From assembly GCF_006345805.1 (NCBI RefSeq), contig NC_042999.1, positions 20,646,001 to 20,710,000 of the forward strand: DNA of 64,000 nucleotides. Reading direction: 5' to 3'. A model generated the notes under the pieces. That model was not told the DNA's origin, did no database searches, and worked only from the letters and a program-made list of their open reading frames with translations. Positions 1-12,129 of the stretch are shown one piece after another. The translations under genes and the position numbers were made by a program. Within the stretch, counting starts at the first letter, position 1; each line of letters opens with the position of its first letter. The stretch comes from Octopus sinensis (taxonomy: Eukaryota).

Positions 1-90
1 TTTCTGACTCCAAGAAAACGAATATTGGAGTGTCTGCAAGCTGTATCTTGAAAAACAGCCGCAAAAGAGTTAAGCCCTGTTCATTGTACA

Positions 91-472
91 TTGGAAGCAC
101 TCCGTCGGTTACGACGACGAGGGTTCCGGTTGATCTGATCAACGGAACAGCCTGCTCGTGAAATTAACGTGTAAGTGGCTGAGTACTCCACAGACACGTG
201 TACACTTAACGCAGTTCTCGGGGATATTCAGCGTGACACAGAGAGTGACAAGGCCGGTCCTTTGAAATACAGGTACAACAGAAACAGGAAGTAAGAGTGA
301 GAGAAAGTTGTGGTGAAAGAGTACAGCAGGGATCACCACCCCCTGCCGGAGCCTCGTGGAGCTTTAGGTGATTTCGCTCAATAAACACTCACAACAACCG
401 GTCTGGGAATCGAAACCGCGATCCTACGCCTGCGAGTCCGCTGCCCTAACCACTGGGCCATTGCGCCTCCAC
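91..472 (-). mobile_element. tRNA-derived SINE, family A, full length
   Basis: Minus strand begins GTGGAGGCGCAATGGCCCAGTGGTTAGGGC...GGTTTCGATTCC (Pol III A/B boxes). 12-bp target-site duplication GTTCATTGTACA at 79-90 and 473-484. Near-identical copy at 57942-58326. Confidence 0.92.
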
Positions 473-539
473 GTTCATTGTACAACAACAAGTGTCAAGT
501 GAATTCCATCAGGAATCATAACAGAAATGTAATGATTTA

Positions 540-1150
540 TACAGAAGGTGGGACAAGTAGGGATTCCCATTTTGTGTACGCGGCATAATGCCCGAAATAC
601 AAATTAATTTATGTTGTTGTACAACTGAACAATTAAACAAAATGTTTAATGGGAATAGATATGAAGTCTGGCACAATAACAATTGCTCGACAGAACTTGC
701 TGAACATTTTGCTTCAAACGGCTGAAGTTTTGAAAAGGACTTCAAATTGCATATTCTCAGAAAATATTCTGAATCTGTTTCGCTTTCACTACTCAAAATC
801 CATGTAGAAAAATATGTTTGCGGGTTATTAACATCACGCCCTGGAGGAATGAATAAAATGACAGGAGAATATCATCAAATTTATACAAAAATGTTTGATC
901 AAATATTCTTCTTTTTTCTTTCCTCATTCTTTCTGTCTTTCTTTTCGCCTGTTATAAAATTGAAACTTAAAGACTGATGATGTCATTCCATCAGCGTGTG
1001 GACGCTGGTTGATCTTGTTCATACTTTAAATTGAAAATTTCTATAATTTTGAATTTTTATAATTCATTTTGAACTTGACAAAGACAGACTTACCGTTGAA
1101 ATATCGTTCAACCAATAAAACATCTATTACAATCGAAACACGGTCTTCGT
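540..1150 (+). mobile_element. Degenerate Penelope-like element 3' end (GIY-YIG relic plus pLTR-like tail)
   Basis: Translates with stops as HFVYAA*CPKYKLIYV... and CSTELAEHFASNG*SFEKDFKLHIL...KYVCGLLTSRPGGMNK, the typical Penelope GIY-YIG pattern. An HHR-like motif follows. Confidence 0.7.
1069..1111 (+). ncRNA. Candidate minimal hammerhead ribozyme (U3-A8 core variant)
   Basis: TTGAAC-TTGACAA-A-GAC..GTT-GAAA-TAT-C-GTTCAA: 6-bp helix I, palindromic AUAU helix III, weak 3-bp helix II. Confidence 0.45.
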
Positions 1151-1154
1151 CTTG

Positions 1155-1440
<286 letters not shown>

Positions 1441-1631
1441 AGCGGCCATGGATCAAAATTTGTCTATAGTAGCTAGCGCCAGTGACAAAGTTAAATTTTG
1501 GTTTGCCCAACTTTGCATAAAGGACACGAGGTAAGCTTTGAGACAAAACTTCAGAGCAATATGCGTTTTATATGCCAACAAAGAAGGTAGTTCTACATAC
1601 ATCAACTTTAGTAAATCTATATATACATATA

Positions 1632-2047
1632 GGCGCAGGAGTGGCTGTGTGGTAAGTAGCTTGCTAACCAGCCACATGGTTCCGGGTTCAGTCCCACTGC
1701 GTGGCATCTTGGGCCAGTGTCTTCTGCTATAGCCCCGGGCCGACCAATGCCTTGTGAGTGGATTTGGTAGACGGAAACTGAAAGAAGCCTGTCGTATATA
1801 TGTATATATATATATGTGTGTGTGTGTGTTTGTGTGTCTGTGTTTGTCCCCCTAGCATTGCTTGACAACCGATGCTGGTGTGTTTACGTCCCCGTCACTT
1901 AGCGGTTCGGCAAAAGAGACCGATAGAATAAGTACTGGGCTTATAAAGAATAAGTCCCGGTGTTGAGTTGCTCGACTAAAGGCGGTGCTCCAGCATGGCC
2001 GCAGTTGAATGACTGAAACAAGTAAAAGAGTAAAAAGAGTAAAAGAG
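1632..2047 (+). mobile_element. tRNA-derived SINE, family B (internal TA/GT microsatellite)
   Basis: Head GGCGCAGGAGTGGCTGTGTGGTAAG...GGGTTCAGTCCC; body CTTGGGC..GTGTCTTCT; (GTAAAAGA)-like tail. Copies at 31435, 45783 and 58694. Confidence 0.9.
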
Positions 2048-3231
2048 ATATATTTATGATAAAGGACAATTTTTATCATTATTAAACAAAACTTGTAATA
2101 CTTTACACGAGTTTTTGAATATTTGTGTACGTTTACAGTTCTGTAACAATTAGTCATGTTCTGTTCATAAGAAAAAAAATTCACTGCATCCTGCAGTGAC
2201 GACATTGACTTTTGCAGAGGTCGAGGCTGATTATGTCAAATTGGATTTGGAAACACTTCATTTAAATACATACGAATTTACGTATACTCACATTTACGTG
2301 CACATACACACACAATTATATACATACGTGTGTGTCTGTGTTTGTGTGTAGCGTATTGCATTCGTTTCTCTAAAAATGTAAAAACACATTCCCGTATTTC
2401 TCTGCAGATTTTTACGCGATGTCTTCTTTTATTTGTCATTCAGTTTTACATTTCTATGTAACACCTTGGACTTAATTTCCTCCATTGTCATTTACTTAGA
2501 ATGTAATGGTGTCTTTCTTTTAATTTATTAGTTATAAATTCATTGCTTTGCTTCTAAGAGACTATTTTCATATAACATATGCCATGCTGATTCAAAGCTC
2601 AGCAGGAACTCTAAAAGAATATATATCGAAAATATTAAAGAAAGTGTGAACAACAACAAAGAGAGAGAAAGAGAGAGAAAAAGGGAGTGAGAGAGAGAGA
2701 GAGGAGGAAAATAAAAGAGGGGGAACATGAAATTGTGAGTGGGTAAGTTATGTTATTGTAGAGAACGAAATCAAAGTATTGCATATTCAATTCGAATTTA
2801 GTTTCCTGAAGTATGTCAGCATGAAGTATTCTCAAAGACTTTTGCCACGGAAACGGATATACATATACCTATACACAAGTGCACATATATACATCTATGA
2901 ATGTGCATGTGTGAATGACACTGTGTATAATAGATAACGGTTTCGCCGAACTGTTAGAAAAATGGATAATATTTCTTATAGTAGTCCTACCATTTCTTTG
3001 TTTTGTGAATTCAAATACTACCATGATCAGCGTGGTCTTCCATGGTTTTTGGCCCCAAAATCCAATGTTAGGTTCAGATTTCTCCCACACCTCCTATTTG
3101 AAAGAAAAACAAGAGGTACGTCGAGAATGGAATGCGGTTGGTTTCCCCATTCGTTTAAAAGATCGATTCATGACGTAGGTCTTGTCAGTGCACGTAAGAC
3201 TTCATTAGCAATTGAAAGCCTTAATATTCAT

Positions 3232-3636
3232 TCTACTATAGGCACAAGGCCCGAAATCTTTTTTTTTTTTTTTTGGTGAGAGAGCAATCGATGAGATCGA
3301 TCCTAGTACGCAATTAGTACTTAATTTATTGACCCCGAAAAGATGATAAGCAAAGTCGACCTCGACGGAATTTGAACTCAGAACACAAAGACAGACGAAA
3401 TACTTATTTTTTTACTACCCACAAGGGGCTAAACACAGAGAGGACAAACAAGAACAGACAAACGGATTAAGCCGATTATAACAACCCCAGTGCGTAACTG
3501 GTACTTACTTAATCGACGCCGAAAGGATGAAAGGCGAAGTCAACCTCGGCGGAATTTGAACTGAGAACGTATAGCGGCAGACGAAATACGAAGTATTTCG
3601 CCTGGCGTGCTAACGCTTCTGCCAGCTCACCGCCTT
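3232..3636 (-). mobile_element. SINE family C, dimer
   Basis: Reverse complement of GGCGGTGAGCTGGCAGAAGCGTTAGCACGCC head followed by two GAGTTC..ATTCCG.CGAGGT.GAC.T.GC bodies. Confidence 0.9.
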
Positions 3637-3699
3637 GAAAGCCATAATATTTTCAACGTACGGATATATTTTCCCAGAGTTCTGATATCCACGCAATCA

Positions 3700-3785
3700 A
3701 TTACTGAACCTTGTTTTTTCTGTGTCCCTTTCTGTAGAAGAGAGTAGGCTCGAAACGTAAAAGACTTTTTGTATTCCTGAGCTGA
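3700..3785 (+). mobile_element. Penelope-tail fragment with HHR-like motif (3727-3764)
   Basis: CCTTT-CTGTAGA-A-GAGA-GTAG-GCTC-GAAA-CGT-A-AAAGA; homologous to 4297-4333 (minus) and 61819-61856 (minus). Confidence 0.65.
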
Positions 3786-3874
3786 ACCACTAAGTTAAGA
3801 AGACGCAAACAGACCACCATCGGTTGTCAAGAATTGATGGGGGGTGGGGGCAAACACACACATATGTATATATG

Positions 3875-3930
<56 letters not shown>

Positions 3931-4159
3931 ATATGTATGTATATATATAGAAAAAAAGCAACAAGAATGGATCAAAATATCGGTACAATTGTTTCGTAAC
4001 AATTGTCCCGGTATTTTGATCCATTCTTGTTGCTTTTTCCTATTTATAATCACCCCACTTTATCGTATGGTTAACACCATATAGATTTCTGATGCATCCC
4101 AATCAAGTACCATATTCTTGTGAATTCAATAGAACTCATTTGAATCTTAATTGCTTAAA

Positions 4160-4203
<44 letters not shown>

Positions 4204-4204
4204 T

Positions 4205-4572
4205 TAGTGGGAATTTACAAAACAAAAAAAAAAGATGAAGATGGGTGTGTAAACAACAAACAGATATATTAGCTTAACGCTCGGGGAGTGAGAATGTCTT
4301 TTACGTTTCGTGCCTACGCTCTTTGACAGAATGGGACACAGAAATAAACAGAGAGAGAAATAGAATGTGACCTCGTGTGTACCGTTGGCGATTCTTTTTC
4401 CTCTGTCTTCCCTTCTCTGGATCTTTCCTCCTATGTTTCCGACGAAGAGCTCCGCTCGAAACGTTAAACCCTCCTTCTTTCCTTCTTTCCTGAGCGTCCA
4501 ATAATACTATATTTGTTCCACGTCCACGCGTTGTTGTGCTTTTTTTGTGCTTTCTTGTTTGGATTAACTAGG
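4205..4572. mobile_element. Head-to-head pair of two Penelope-tail elements inside (TA)n
   Basis: Left half (minus) is homologous to 61721-61875; right half (plus) is homologous to the reverse complement of 16961-17178. Each half carries an HHR-like motif. (TA)n on both sides. Confidence 0.75.
4435..4469 (+). ncRNA. Minimal hammerhead ribozyme motif (U4C variant in this copy)
   Basis: GTTT-CCGACGA-A-GAGC-TCC-GCTC-GAAA-CGT-T-AAAC: helix I GTTT/AAAC, helix II GAGC/GCTC, palindromic ACGU helix III. Confidence 0.6.
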
Positions 4573-4598
4573 TATATATATATATATATATATAATAT

Positions 4599-4640
<42 letters not shown>

Positions 4641-5609
4641 TATATGTGTGTGTGTGTGTATATATATATTTTCTCCGTGTTATTGTATACATTGAAAGAA
4701 TACACATACACAGGTGTGTGTGTGTATTATTTCAACAAATTTGACATACATATGTTGCATAATTGTTATATCATACCTTGATACTGTGTGGAGTAAGATC
4801 CTCGTTGACAAGCCGCTAAACCCGTTTCGTATGCAAATTAGGTACTTATTCATAGAGTAACTGCTGTGTTTATTGAGTATATAAACAGTTTTGCTGCTTC
4901 CTTCTCATGAGACTGTCACATTTAAGGTCGAATATTAAGGTTTTTCATTTATTTCAGTCTACGGAGAAATGGCTAAAATTTGCCCAGTTTATAATTATTT
5001 CATATGTTACACATACATATATGCATACTTGTTTTAGCTTAAAAATGACCGCAGATAATAGAATGTAAGCTAAACTACTCCTCAAGACATGCCATGCAAT
5101 GATGAAGTAGTGGTTAAAAAATACTAGCTTTCCCCATTTCGCTACAGAGTTATGAAGAGTTATTATTTGAGATATTCCATATGTAGGAGAGAAATATATT
5201 TTTTACAGTGTCATTTTGCAAAAATCTATATACGTACAAACACACATAGCTATAGTATTATATAATGCAACATCTTTTCTATTGTTTCGGCTACAAATAT
5301 AGTTTTTTGTCGTCTGCAATATGGCAGAAGTAATCAAATATTTGGAGACATTGCATGCCTACGAAAAGAAAAATTGTCTGAATGAATAAAAAAAATGATA
5401 TATATATATAAGTATATAACTGTATTAAAAAAAAAAAAATTAATAAAAGGAGAAAAATTCAGAAATATTTCATTAAAAATTACACGTAAAACATTTCAAG
5501 AGTATAAAAAATGTCTATAAAATTATTTGGGAATTAAATGTTTTAGAAACTATTTAATTTGTCCTTTATTGTTTTACTTTGCGCAAGATATATTTCTTAC
5601 TTGTATTTT

Positions 5610-5611
5610 TA

Positions 5612-5678
<67 letters not shown>

Positions 5679-5735
5679 GTTGTTTTTGTTGTTGTTGTTA
5701 TTGTTGTTGTAGTCGTTGCTGTTGTTGTTGTTTCT
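5610..5735. repeat. (TTA)n/(TTG)n microsatellite
   Basis: Direct reading. Confidence 0.95.
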
Positions 5736-6114
5736 GTAATATTTTCACTTTTAATATTTTTTTCAACTCCTGTGAAACTATATGTCAAAATTACTCATGT
5801 TGGATACAAAATAATAAATTAAGTTACTTACAAGATATGAAAGCTAATTTTATGTCATATTTATGTAAAAATTAGCAATAAAGTTTTCAACACATTTAAT
5901 TCTAAACAAGAAATGTTGTTTGATATATGGCAGTAGTCATGTATATCTATATACACACTTACATGCATATATTTATACATACGGAAAGCGCACTGACACA
6001 CACACACACATTCAGATGTAGACAAATAAATATTGATATCTTTCTATTTACCTACACACATAGCAAATATCCCCACACCCACATATGTACACAATCACAT
6101 ATAAGTATAGAAAC

Positions 6115-6119
6115 ATACT

Positions 6120-6162
<43 letters not shown>

Positions 6163-6233
6163 ATTATATATATATATATATTATATATATATATTATATA
6201 TATATATACATATATATATGTACATACATATAT

Positions 6234-6284
<51 letters not shown>

Positions 6285-6483
6285 AACTGTATGTATTTAG
6301 ATGTATAATCATCGGGAAAAAGTCTATCATGATATGATTACAGTCATAAAATAAGTGAGAAATGATTCTTTTAGCAATCAAATTCTATAGTCTAGTTATT
6401 TGACAGTACCCTGTTATCCTCACCCCGGAATCATTAAATAGTTTGTCTTTCTCTGTGCTTGAGTGTGTGTAAAATTATATATG

Positions 6484-6538
<55 letters not shown>

Positions 6539-6609
6539 AACATATATACATATATATATATATACATACTTATATGTATATATACATATATATATATACA
6601 CACACACAC

Positions 6610-6656
<47 letters not shown>

Positions 6657-6687
6657 CTTATATATATATATTATATATATATATACT

Positions 6688-6734
<47 letters not shown>

Positions 6735-7074
6735 TATATATATATATACATACTTATATGTATATATACATATATACATATATACATATATACATATATA
6801 CATATATACATATATATATATACACACACACACATATATATATATATATACACACACACACATATATATATATATAAACTGTATGTATTTAGATGTATAA
6901 TCATCGGGAAAAAGTCTATCATGATATGATTACAGTCATAAAATAAGTGAGAAATGATTCTTTTAGCAATCAAATTCTATAGTCTAGTTATTTGACAGTA
7001 CCTGTTATCCTCACCCCGGAATCATTAAATAGTTTGTCTTTCTCTGTGCTTGAGTGTGTGTAAAATTATATATG

Positions 7075-7106
<32 letters not shown>

Positions 7107-7211
7107 TAATATATATATATTATATATATATATATATATAAACATATATACATATATATATATATACATACTTATATGTATATATACATATATATATATA
7201 CACACACACAC

Positions 7212-7258
<47 letters not shown>

Positions 7259-7320
7259 CTTATATATATATATTATATATATATATACATACATACTTAC
7301 ATACATACATACATGCGAAT
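6115..7320. repeat. (TA)n/(CA)n tract containing a ~592-bp tandem duplication
   Basis: Unique block AAACTGTATGTATTTAGATG...GTGTGTAAAATT occurs at 6284 and 6876 with only a 1-nt indel. Confidence 0.9.
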
Positions 7321-7960
7321 ATATAATATATGTATAGATTTTAAATTCTAAATACGACATCCAACTTCTAAAATACGTCTGTCCATGTGGAGACTGATGT
7401 TCCATCATGAACTGTGCAACGTGTATGTACGACTGGAAGCACACAAGCAAATATACAGTTTTCGAATACAGAACACGTATTAACATAACCTTGAAGAGAA
7501 TTGGCCAAAGTGAGAGTCGAAGCAAACTGACAAAACTGAACATATTTCATATTACGATTCACGTATTTTTGGGTCATATGAGCTCTTTTAATATGCAATC
7601 TGCATTACACCGTATCATACAATGGCACAAAATCAAACAAGCTACCGAACAGTATGTCACACAGCAGCCAATAATTAACAGTAAGATTATGCACTTCTTT
7701 ATTCTCAGAGTAATATTTAAAAACGACAGAGAACACGGCAAAGATTAACAGTAATACAGCTACAGCTCAGAAAATTGAGACTACTTCATTAGTTACACAC
7801 AACATTGCCTTCATCATTAAAAAGTGAAGCATAATATGCGGTACATTCCAACCCACAACAGGAATATAAAAATATGTAGGAAATAACGAAAAGCGTGAAA
7901 TTCTGGAGATGAAAGAGTTTGGCTATATAATACGAATAATATAAAGGTGAAATTTTGGAA

Positions 7961-8459
7961 TTTAGATTGCATTTGGCCCCGTTTCTGTTATGCGGTACCA
8001 GAGGTCATAGAGGTGACGAAACATTACTGTCTATCGCTCCTTTAACCGGATTTGTTTTGAATTATCCGACTTGTCTATAACTCCAGGTGCTTTAACACCA
8101 GGAGAATTAGCGGAAATATATTCTCTTACCCTTACAATCTCAGCCTGTCCATGAAGTGACAAAAAATAACATACCTTGTATATGTATGCTCAATATTGTG
8201 TATATCTATCGGGCTGCTTATCATTCATATTTGATTTTTTTCCCCAGCATGAAACGTTTGTACATATCAGCAGATGGGTTTACATATGGGTTTTGCATAT
8301 AGTTATAGAAAGCTATTTAGCCTGCATCTGGCTTTTTTCCGGGTAGGCGGGATAGACAAGTCACAAAGATGACGAATCATTAATGTCTGTCTCTCTTATA
8401 ACGGGATCTGATGTGAGTTATCTGTTTTGTCCATGAATTCCAGGTGTTATAACACCTGG
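7961..8459 (-). pseudogene. Two diverged ~145-bp direct repeats with decayed coding signature; product unknown
   Basis: 7961-8102 and 8316-8459 align. Minus-strand translations PGVKAPGVIDKSDNSKQIRLKER*TVMFRHLYDL and PGVITPGI/MDKTDNSHQIPL*ERQTLMIRHLCDL show many synonymous differences. Confidence 0.4.
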
Positions 8460-9414
8460 CAAATTCAATACACCTACAGTCGCAGCTTGCCCACAAACTG
8501 ATAAAAGACAACTTGTGTATTTGTGTTCGTTATTATACACAGACATACACACAGAGACATACACACACACACAAATGGGCACACGGAAAATATTCCAAAG
8601 AAGGATTCTGCACTAAGGGAAATTGTCACATAAGGAAATATCGTGTGCCAAAAAATCCCCAATTTACTGATAGAAAATGACTCATTTTGGGTGCATATAA
8701 TCTATGTTTTTTATAAATCATTATACAAGAACAATTCCCATACTAACAGATTCTGAATTAGAGCCGAAGTCAGCTATTTTAGAGGATCAGACGAGTCGGC
8801 ATCATTGCCTTCATTGGTTGGTACTTTATGCTATCAAGTGCTAATTGAAGCAATGCAAATTTTATAGAGGTGGTGATTGAACTAAAGAACATAAAGAGCC
8901 AGAACGAATGACGAAATGCATTTTTCTGACATTCTAAAGTTGTGCCAGCCCCACCGCAATTACAGACGTCTATAATAATATCAGCTAATTAAAATGTAGG
9001 AGTGGATGTCATTCCGGCCAAAAGCTGATTTCAACGGACATTTTTAGGTTTTGTTCATCCTGATCACGAACCATATCCATCTCCGGTGGCTAAATTTCGA
9101 TGTAATCAAGAATTGGTGTTGATTATGAATTTCAATGAAATCTTAGGGAAAAATAGCCCACAAGGAATATTCTGCATACTAAATACACATTCGATAGAAA
9201 TACTTTGACGAATTGCTCCTGGCCATTGAATTTGGAAAATCCAAATACACTTTAAGTAAACCAAGGCTATACTGCAATAAATATAAGAACCATCACAAAC
9301 AAAGTAGCGGCTACTGTGAAAGCATTCAAAAATCTCCGCTTGTAAAGTGGTTCATAGATGGGAATCAGTAGAATGCTGCTTGGGTGCATGGTTAATTTCG
9401 ATTAACATAGATTG

Positions 9415-10068
9415 GGTTGCGAGCTAGCAGAAACGTTAGCAAAGGTGGCGAGCTTGCAGAAACGTTAGCAAAGGTGGCGAGCTGGCAGAAACGTTAGCAC
9501 GCCGGGCGAAATGTTTTGCGGTATTTCGTCTGCCGTTACGTTCTGAGTTCAAATTCCGCCGAGGTCGACTTTACCGTTCATCTTTTCGGGGTCGATAAAT
9601 TAAGTACCAGTTACGCACGGGGATCGATGTAATCGACTTAATACCTATGTCTGTCTTTGTTTGTCCCCTATATGTTATGCCCCTTCTGGGTAATAAAGAA
9701 ATAGGTATTTCATCTGCCGCTACGTTGTGAGTTCAAATTCCGCCGAGGTCGACTTTGCCCTTCATCATTTCGGGGTCGATATATTAAGTACCAGTTACAA
9801 AGGGGGACGATATAATCGACTTAATCCGCCTGTTTGCCCTTGTTTGCCTTTTCTGTGTTTAGCCCCTTGTGGGTAGTAACGAAATAGGTATTTCGTCTGC
9901 TGTTACGTTCTGAGTTCAAATCCCGCTGAGGTCGACTTTGCAATTCATCCTTTCGGGGTCGATAAATTTAGTACCAGTTACGCACTGGGGTCGATGTAAT
10001 CGACTTAAATCCCTTGTCTGTCCTTGCATGTCCCCTCTATGTTTACTCCCTAGTGAGCAATAAAGAAA
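9415..10068 (+). mobile_element. SINE family C multimer (triplicated 29-bp head segment plus three bodies)
   Basis: GGT(T/G)GCGAGCT.GCAGAAACGTTAGCA repeats at 9415, 9444 and 9473; three ~190-bp bodies joined at AAAGAAATAGGTATTTC-like junctions. Confidence 0.92.
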
Positions 10069-10431
10069 TGGACATTGATTGGGTCGCAGGATACAGGTCT
10101 TTAAGCAGAATAAATTCGAGTATCCCCGCCCTTATTACATTGTCATCAATAATTACAACTGTCACTAAATGCTAGACTGAAACCTTAAATATAAACCGCG
10201 TGTGATAACCTCATTAATATCTGCTTATAAAAATTTCTTGATGTTGAACGCCATGCTGATAAAGTTTGCTACGAAGAGATTAATTCGTATCAGCATTTCC
10301 TTCGTTTCTTTTAGAACTTGTAACAGTTGTAACAATTTATAATGAATTCCTGTATATATACAAGTGTATATGTATGTATACACATACGCATAGAAGCACA
10401 TACACGCACACATAAAGAGAAAGTTAGAGAG

Positions 10432-10492
<61 letters not shown>

Positions 10493-10494
10493 AT

Positions 10495-10768
10495 GTTATA
10501 TAATTAGGGCTCAGTAAATTAATTTACTTTACCACACACCGAACTTTTAGAAATAGCAGCCAAAATATCTTAGCTATTTCTTCTACTATAAGAAAAGTCT
10601 CCCAGACAATGTATACTCAAAAATATACCTGCGTGAATTATTTTTGAGTAACATTGTCTGGGAGACTTTTCTTATAGTAGAAGAAATAGCTAAGATATTT
10701 TGGCTGCTATTTCTAAAAGTTCAGTGTGTGGTAAAGTAAATTACTTTACTGAACCCTAATTATATAAC
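10495..10768. mobile_element. Near-perfect palindromic (fold-back) element next to (TA)n
   Basis: Arms 10495-10625 and 10639-10768 are reverse complements with few differences; 13-nt spacer TACCTGCGTGAAT. Confidence 0.85.
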
Positions 10769-11026
10769 GTTATGTTTTAAATATACCGTAAATGGTCTTT
10801 TTACATATTGAACACTACTTGGTAAAATTAATTAATAATTAATTAATTTTACCCTTTTATTATTGATGATATATATATATATATAAAGTAAAAAAGTAAA
10901 AAAGTCAAAAGGAAGAGTAAGAACGGTTAGTCAGCTTTTTAATAATCACTACAAATGTTTCGATACATACGGATTCACGTATATACAGGATTTAAAGTTA
11001 AATTGAAATTGAAATTAAATTAAATT

Positions 11027-11149
11027 CTTCTTCTTCTTCTTCTACCTCTTCTTCTTCTTCTTCTTCTTCTTCTTCTTCTTCTTCTTCTTCTTCTTCCTAT
11101 TCTCCTCCTCCTTCTTCTTCTTCTTCTATTATTATTTTTATTATTATTA

Positions 11150-11207
<58 letters not shown>

Positions 11208-11240
11208 TTTATTTTTTTTTTTTTTAATTATACTTCTCCT
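11027..11240. repeat. (TCT)n/(TTA)n microsatellite
   Basis: Direct reading. Confidence 0.9.
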
Positions 11241-11948
11241 CCTCCTCTTACTTCTGTTTTCACTTTTCTTGAATTGAATATCTCTGTCAATTTTTTTTTT
11301 TACAATTCTGAAATTTATCAGGTCATTCTTTATGATTTTCTAGTTTTCATTCGAATGTTTACTGATGAACCCATAATATATCTCACCCAATATACTTATC
11401 AACGATAATTATTAATTTAATTTATCAAATGTACAGATACATATATATTTGTTGTTTTATGTATTTTTGAGTCTCACTGTATATTCCCGCCCCCAACATC
11501 GCTTCACTCTTCAGGCATCATGGTAATTCTTTCACTTACAACGTATATATTTCCATGTAAATGAATATAAAAAAAAATAGAGAGTTAAATTCTGTCGAAA
11601 ATATCAATAAAAGTATAAGGAAATTTAAACAGTGAAATTAATTTCTTTAGAGTTCAGATTTCAAATTTTGTAATTATTTTTCATTGCTATTTATAATTTA
11701 TCACTTGAGACTAAATATATTTTCTCTGACACAACAATTAAACATCTTAATTAAACGATAACATCTGTGTGCGATGGTGCAGAGGTTCTATATCACTGGT
11801 TGAAGAAAATATATTTTACGAGAGAGTGAAAAACTAACACATTTTTGGAAGCACACATTCATATACACAATCTCCCTTTATGTAGATCACATACGCACAC
11901 ACACACACTTACACATTCGCCCGCACACACAGGCACACACACACACAA

Positions 11949-11986
<38 letters not shown>

Positions 11987-12129
11987 TGCTGAACGAAAAA
12001 TTCCTACTGTTTTCGAATTGGTAGCATTTAAGACATAGATATTTTCTAAAATGGGAGATATTAGCATATTTTTATACAATTACTGTTAGGGAAGTTTATT
12101 TCTACTGTTATTTGGATTAAAACTCACGA

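Noticed and set aside
400-472. tRNA-like sequences at SINE heads (also 51808, 55870, 56749, 58255) as tRNA genes
   Set aside because: No complete acceptor stem, and they continue into SINE bodies.
2990-3093. Possible minus-strand exon after a strong acceptor (EVWEKSEPNIGFWGQKPWK...)
   Set aside because: Weak donor, no recognisable homology and no partner exons; needs RNA-seq.
9415-10068. Regular repeats as a CRISPR-like array (also 59481-61336)
   Set aside because: Units are long and uniform with no unique spacers; eukaryotic context; no cas genes.
10495-10768. Hairpin as a miRNA precursor
   Set aside because: The near-perfect 131-bp stem beside (TA)n is better explained as a mobile fold-back element; no expression evidence.
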